Below, piece after piece: positions 57,147 to 60,046 of a stretch of 60,046 nucleotides of DNA. This DNA comes from Thermoplasmata archaeon. Lineage in GTDB: Archaea; Thermoplasmatota; E2; UBA202; JdFR-43. The stretch spans positions 1-60,046 of the forward strand of contig JAGGZK010000032.1 of the NCBI GenBank assembly GCA_021162065.1, given 5' to 3'. A program made the position numbers and the translations under genes. The notes below the pieces were generated by a model. The model worked only from the letters and a program-made list of their open reading frames with translations. It searched no databases and was not told where the DNA came from. Numbering within the stretch: position 1 is the first letter of the stretch; each line of letters opens with the position of its first letter.

Positions 57147-59822
57147 TTAGAGATTGAAAATCCACACCTTTATGCTTTTTTCCAGAATTTTTCCGGTTAT
57201 GGTGTGAACCACCACCTTCAACTCGTGTCTGAAAAATATTCTCTCATCCCATGTCCATGTGTGGTTGTTGAAAGGATCCACATATCTTACAACTCCGTCA
57301 ACAACATATTCCGTATAGTCCTCCCAGACGGGCCCATACACATCCATTTCCACATCTATTTTCCCTATCACCACAGTAATCAGGGAGGGCAATATCTTCC
57401 TGTTGAAGATGTAAATGCCTCTATAGGGCTTTTTTATTATCACATCCACATCTGCCTTCTTTAAGGCCACACTTATCCATAACGTCTCATTTTCCCCTAT
57501 TTTATATTCATCGGTGGAATTCCATTCATAGCAATCCCCAAAGAAATGGAGATAAATTTTTCCGGCAGCCGTTTTTATACTGTAAAATCCGTCCTCATTT
57601 GTAACGGTACTGTTCCAAATTTCGTATCCTTTCTCACCCTCCCAGTAAAGATAGACGGAGGCATGTGAAATTGGTTCTCCCGTGCTCTCATCATAAACAT
57701 AGCCACATACCACAGAATTTTCCACTGGAAACGGATAAAGGGAGATATTAAGCCACACGGTCTCGTTCTCCTCAACCGAGAGGTCAGGAAGATATTTTCT
57801 GAAATATCCGTAGGAATAGAAGGAGAGATATATCCTGCCCTTTGCCACGTTTATTGAATAAAAACCGCTCTCATTGGAGTAAGTGTAATTCCATTCTTCA
57901 TGACCCTCATCATCCTCCCATCTGAGATAAACCTCCACATCCTTTAGGGGTTCTCCACTCACCTCATCATTGATGTAGCCACATACCACAGTATTTTCTT
58001 CCGGGCGGGGAGTGAGAGAAACATTCTGCCATAACTTCTCGTTTTCGCTTATGTTGATATACTCTGTGGACCTGGAAAAATGGCCAGAGGAATAGAAATG
58101 CAGTTTTACTCTTCCAGCAGCCACATTCATGGTGTAGAATCCGCTTTCATCTGTATTGGTGGCATTCCACATGCTGTTTCCTGCTTCTCCCCTCCAGTCC
58201 ACCACCACATCTGCGTTTTTCAATGGCTTTCCCGTGTCCTCATCATAAACATAGCCGCATACCACAGAATTTTCCACCGGAATGGGGTAGAGGGACATAT
58301 TAAGCCATATGGTCTGATGCTCATAAACGTAAAACCATTCAGTCCTTTCTTCAAAATAGCCGTCTGCATAAAAGGACATGTATATCTCTCCCTGCGCCAC
58401 ATTTATTGAATAAAAGCCCTCCTCATTGGTGGAGGTTACATTTGTGTAATCGCCATCCTTCCCATCACTCCAGCGAAGGTATATGGTGGCATTTTTAATT
58501 GCCTCCTTGCTTGCCGCATCCCTCACATACCCGCAGATGACCGCGTTTTCCTCAGGATAGGAAATGAGGGAAGCGTTGAACCATATATCTTCTCCTTCGC
58601 CAATAATGAGGATGTTCCCATAATTAGGAAAATATCTGGCGGCATAGAAGGAGAGGATTATTTCTCCCGACGGAACCGGCATGGTGTAAAAACCATTGTC
58701 GTCGGTATGGGTTGAATTTGAGAGTGAATGGCCGGCATCGTCCCTCCATGTGGCAACCACGGTGGCATTCCTAACAGGGCTGCCCGTTGAGTTATCCACA
58801 ACATAACCTCTCACACCGGCATTTATTGGAGGAAGTGGATAGAGGGAAATGTTTAACCATATGGTTTCGCCTGCTTTAATGTCATAGTATTCAAATTCCG
58901 AGAAATATCCGTCCTTGGAGAAATAGAGGGAGATATGTCCCTCAGCCGTATTGAGGGAGTAAAATCCATTTTTATCCGATTCTGTGGACTTATGTTTCGA
59001 GTGTTTGCCATCATCCCACCATAGATGCACCTCCACTCCTTCAACACCCTCTCCACCCTCCACATTCTTCAAATAGCCGCATACAACAGCATCCTCGGGA
59101 GGAGCCGGGGGCAGAGAAAGATTTACCCACAGCCTTTCCCCATCTTTGATAGAATAGATGTCGCTCATCTCATAAAGATAGCCCTCGGCATTCGCACCCA
59201 CATTAATTTTTCCAGGTGGTACCCTGATTTCATAAAATCCGTTTTTGTCTGAGGTGGAAATGTTCCATATGGTGTTATTTTTATCATCCTCCCAAAGCAC
59301 ATCAACCCTTGCATTCTCTATTGGCTGACCCGTTTCATTATCCCTTATATACCCGCAGACAGTGGAGTTTTGAGGCGGTGCCTTCCTCATGGAGATGTTC
59401 ACCCAGAGCGTTTCATATTCTTTAATCTCAAACTCTCCCACCTTCTCAAAATAATAGCCCATGGCATTGCAGTAGACATATATCCTTCCTGCTTCCAGAT
59501 ATATGCTGTAAAATCCTTCCTTATCTGTGGTGAGATTGGTGAGAATGTCGCCATGGAATACATGCACGATGGCGTTCTCTATTGGCTGACCTGTCTCATT
59601 ATCCCTAACATATCCGCACAGCAATGAATTCTGGAGAGGAACAGCTCCATGAAATGTGGCATTTCTCATCCTTTCAAGAAATTCCTCCCAGATGCAGGGC
59701 ATCTCAATATTGCTGCTGTGTGAGACATTTTCATGATGAGTATTGCCATCCACATCCGGAATGGTAATGGAGATGAGTAAAAGGATAGTAACGCAAAACA
59801 CCTTCCAGCCTCTCACCTCCAT
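57147..59822 (-). CDS. Secreted protein with eight carboxypeptidase-regulatory-like (transthyretin-like) repeats and C-terminal Ig-like domain
   Basis: Eight roughly 90-aa repeats (xxCGYxxDxxTGxPxxxAxV..TDxxGFY..WxNxSL); terminal VWIFNL. Confidence 0.85.
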   Translation of the reverse strand: MEVRGWKVFCVTILLLISITIPDVDGNTHHENVSHSSNIEMPCIWEEFLERMRNATFHGAVPLQNSLLCGYVRDNETGQPIENAIVHVFHGDILTNLTTDKEGFYSIYLEAGRIYVYCNAMGYYFEKVGEFEIKEYETLWVNISMRKAPPQNSTVCGYIRDNETGQPIENARVDVLWEDDKNNTIWNISTSDKNGFYEIRVPPGKINVGANAEGYLYEMSDIYSIKDGERLWVNLSLPPAPPEDAVVCGYLKNVEGGEGVEGVEVHLWWDDGKHSKHKSTESDKNGFYSLNTAEGHISLYFSKDGYFSEFEYYDIKAGETIWLNISLYPLPPINAGVRGYVVDNSTGSPVRNATVVATWRDDAGHSLSNSTHTDDNGFYTMPVPSGEIILSFYAARYFPNYGNILIIGEGEDIWFNASLISYPEENAVICGYVRDAASKEAIKNATIYLRWSDGKDGDYTNVTSTNEEGFYSINVAQGEIYMSFYADGYFEERTEWFYVYEHQTIWLNMSLYPIPVENSVVCGYVYDEDTGKPLKNADVVVDWRGEAGNSMWNATNTDESGFYTMNVAAGRVKLHFYSSGHFSRSTEYINISENEKLWQNVSLTPRPEENTVVCGYINDEVSGEPLKDVEVYLRWEDDEGHEEWNYTYSNESGFYSINVAKGRIYLSFYSYGYFRKYLPDLSVEENETVWLNISLYPFPVENSVVCGYVYDESTGEPISHASVYLYWEGEKGYEIWNSTVTNEDGFYSIKTAAGKIYLHFFGDCYEWNSTDEYKIGENETLWISVALKKADVDVIIKKPYRGIYIFNRKILPSLITVVIGKIDVEMDVYGPVWEDYTEYVVDGVVRYVDPFNNHTWTWDERIFFRHELKVVVHTITGKILEKSIKVWIFNL

Positions 59823-59928
59823 TTTATCCCATTTTATAATTAATCCGTTTATAAAAGATTTTCTCTGCTCATCAATAAAGCAGATACGGGAACAGAAAGT
59901 TTAAAAAAATCCTCCATATTCATGTTTA

Positions 59929-60039
59929 CCCGGCGTAGCTCAGACTGGCTAGAGCGGCGGACTGTAGTTGCAGCCAAGCGGGCCATAACCCACCGCCGCA
60001 GAAATCCGCATGTCCCCGGTTCAAATCCGGGCGCCGGGA
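59929..60039 (+). tRNA. tRNA-Tyr(GTA) with 36-nt intron at 37/38 (59968-60003)
   Basis: C1-G72 acceptor CCCGGCG/CGCCGGG, GCGGA-CTGTAG[intron]A-TCCGC, T-arm CCCGG-TTCAAAT-CCGGG. Confidence 0.93.
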
Positions 60040-60046
60040 TTTTTTA

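Noticed and set aside
1..60046. CRISPR array, rRNA, transposase, integrase, prophage or reverse transcriptase
   Set aside because: No regularly spaced repeats or recognisable genes of these types were seen.

Overview
Archaeal chromosomal segment, most likely Thermoplasmatota (Thermoplasmata; a DHVEG-1/MBG-D-like lineage is inferred from class I LysRS, Rpl18e-Rpl13-Rps9-Rpo10, Nep1, PurP, a Tes-family radical SAM enzyme, an intron-containing tRNA-Tyr and many secreted peptidases). It is mostly housekeeping: uppS, carbamate kinase, hisS, lysS, glyS, pheS, ribosomal proteins, nth, dcd, nikR, mre11/rad50, CBS proteins and four tRNAs (Pro-GGG, Leu-CAG, Ala-CGC, Tyr-GTA). Secreted peptidases and two-component signalling genes are interspersed. 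No CRISPR array, rRNA, transposase or integrase was seen. The standout is a translationally coupled three-gene operon at 4877-6239 between hisS and lysS. It encodes a 77-aa ubiquitin-like protein ending in Gly-Gly, a eukaryote-type E2 (HPN...Cys) and an Rpn11-like JAMM isopeptidase, with no E1 or E3 in the window. Other candidates: a cupin/class II aldolase/MtnA/LsrF cluster suggesting an unusual SAM by-product catabolic route; a LuxE acyl-protein synthetase coupled to a transglutaminase-like protein inside a signalling cluster; a shared C-terminal Ig-like domain ending IFN(I/L) on three unrelated secreted proteins; and a Tes homologue lacking its N-terminal metal ligands. All assignments are by motif recognition only; no searches were run.
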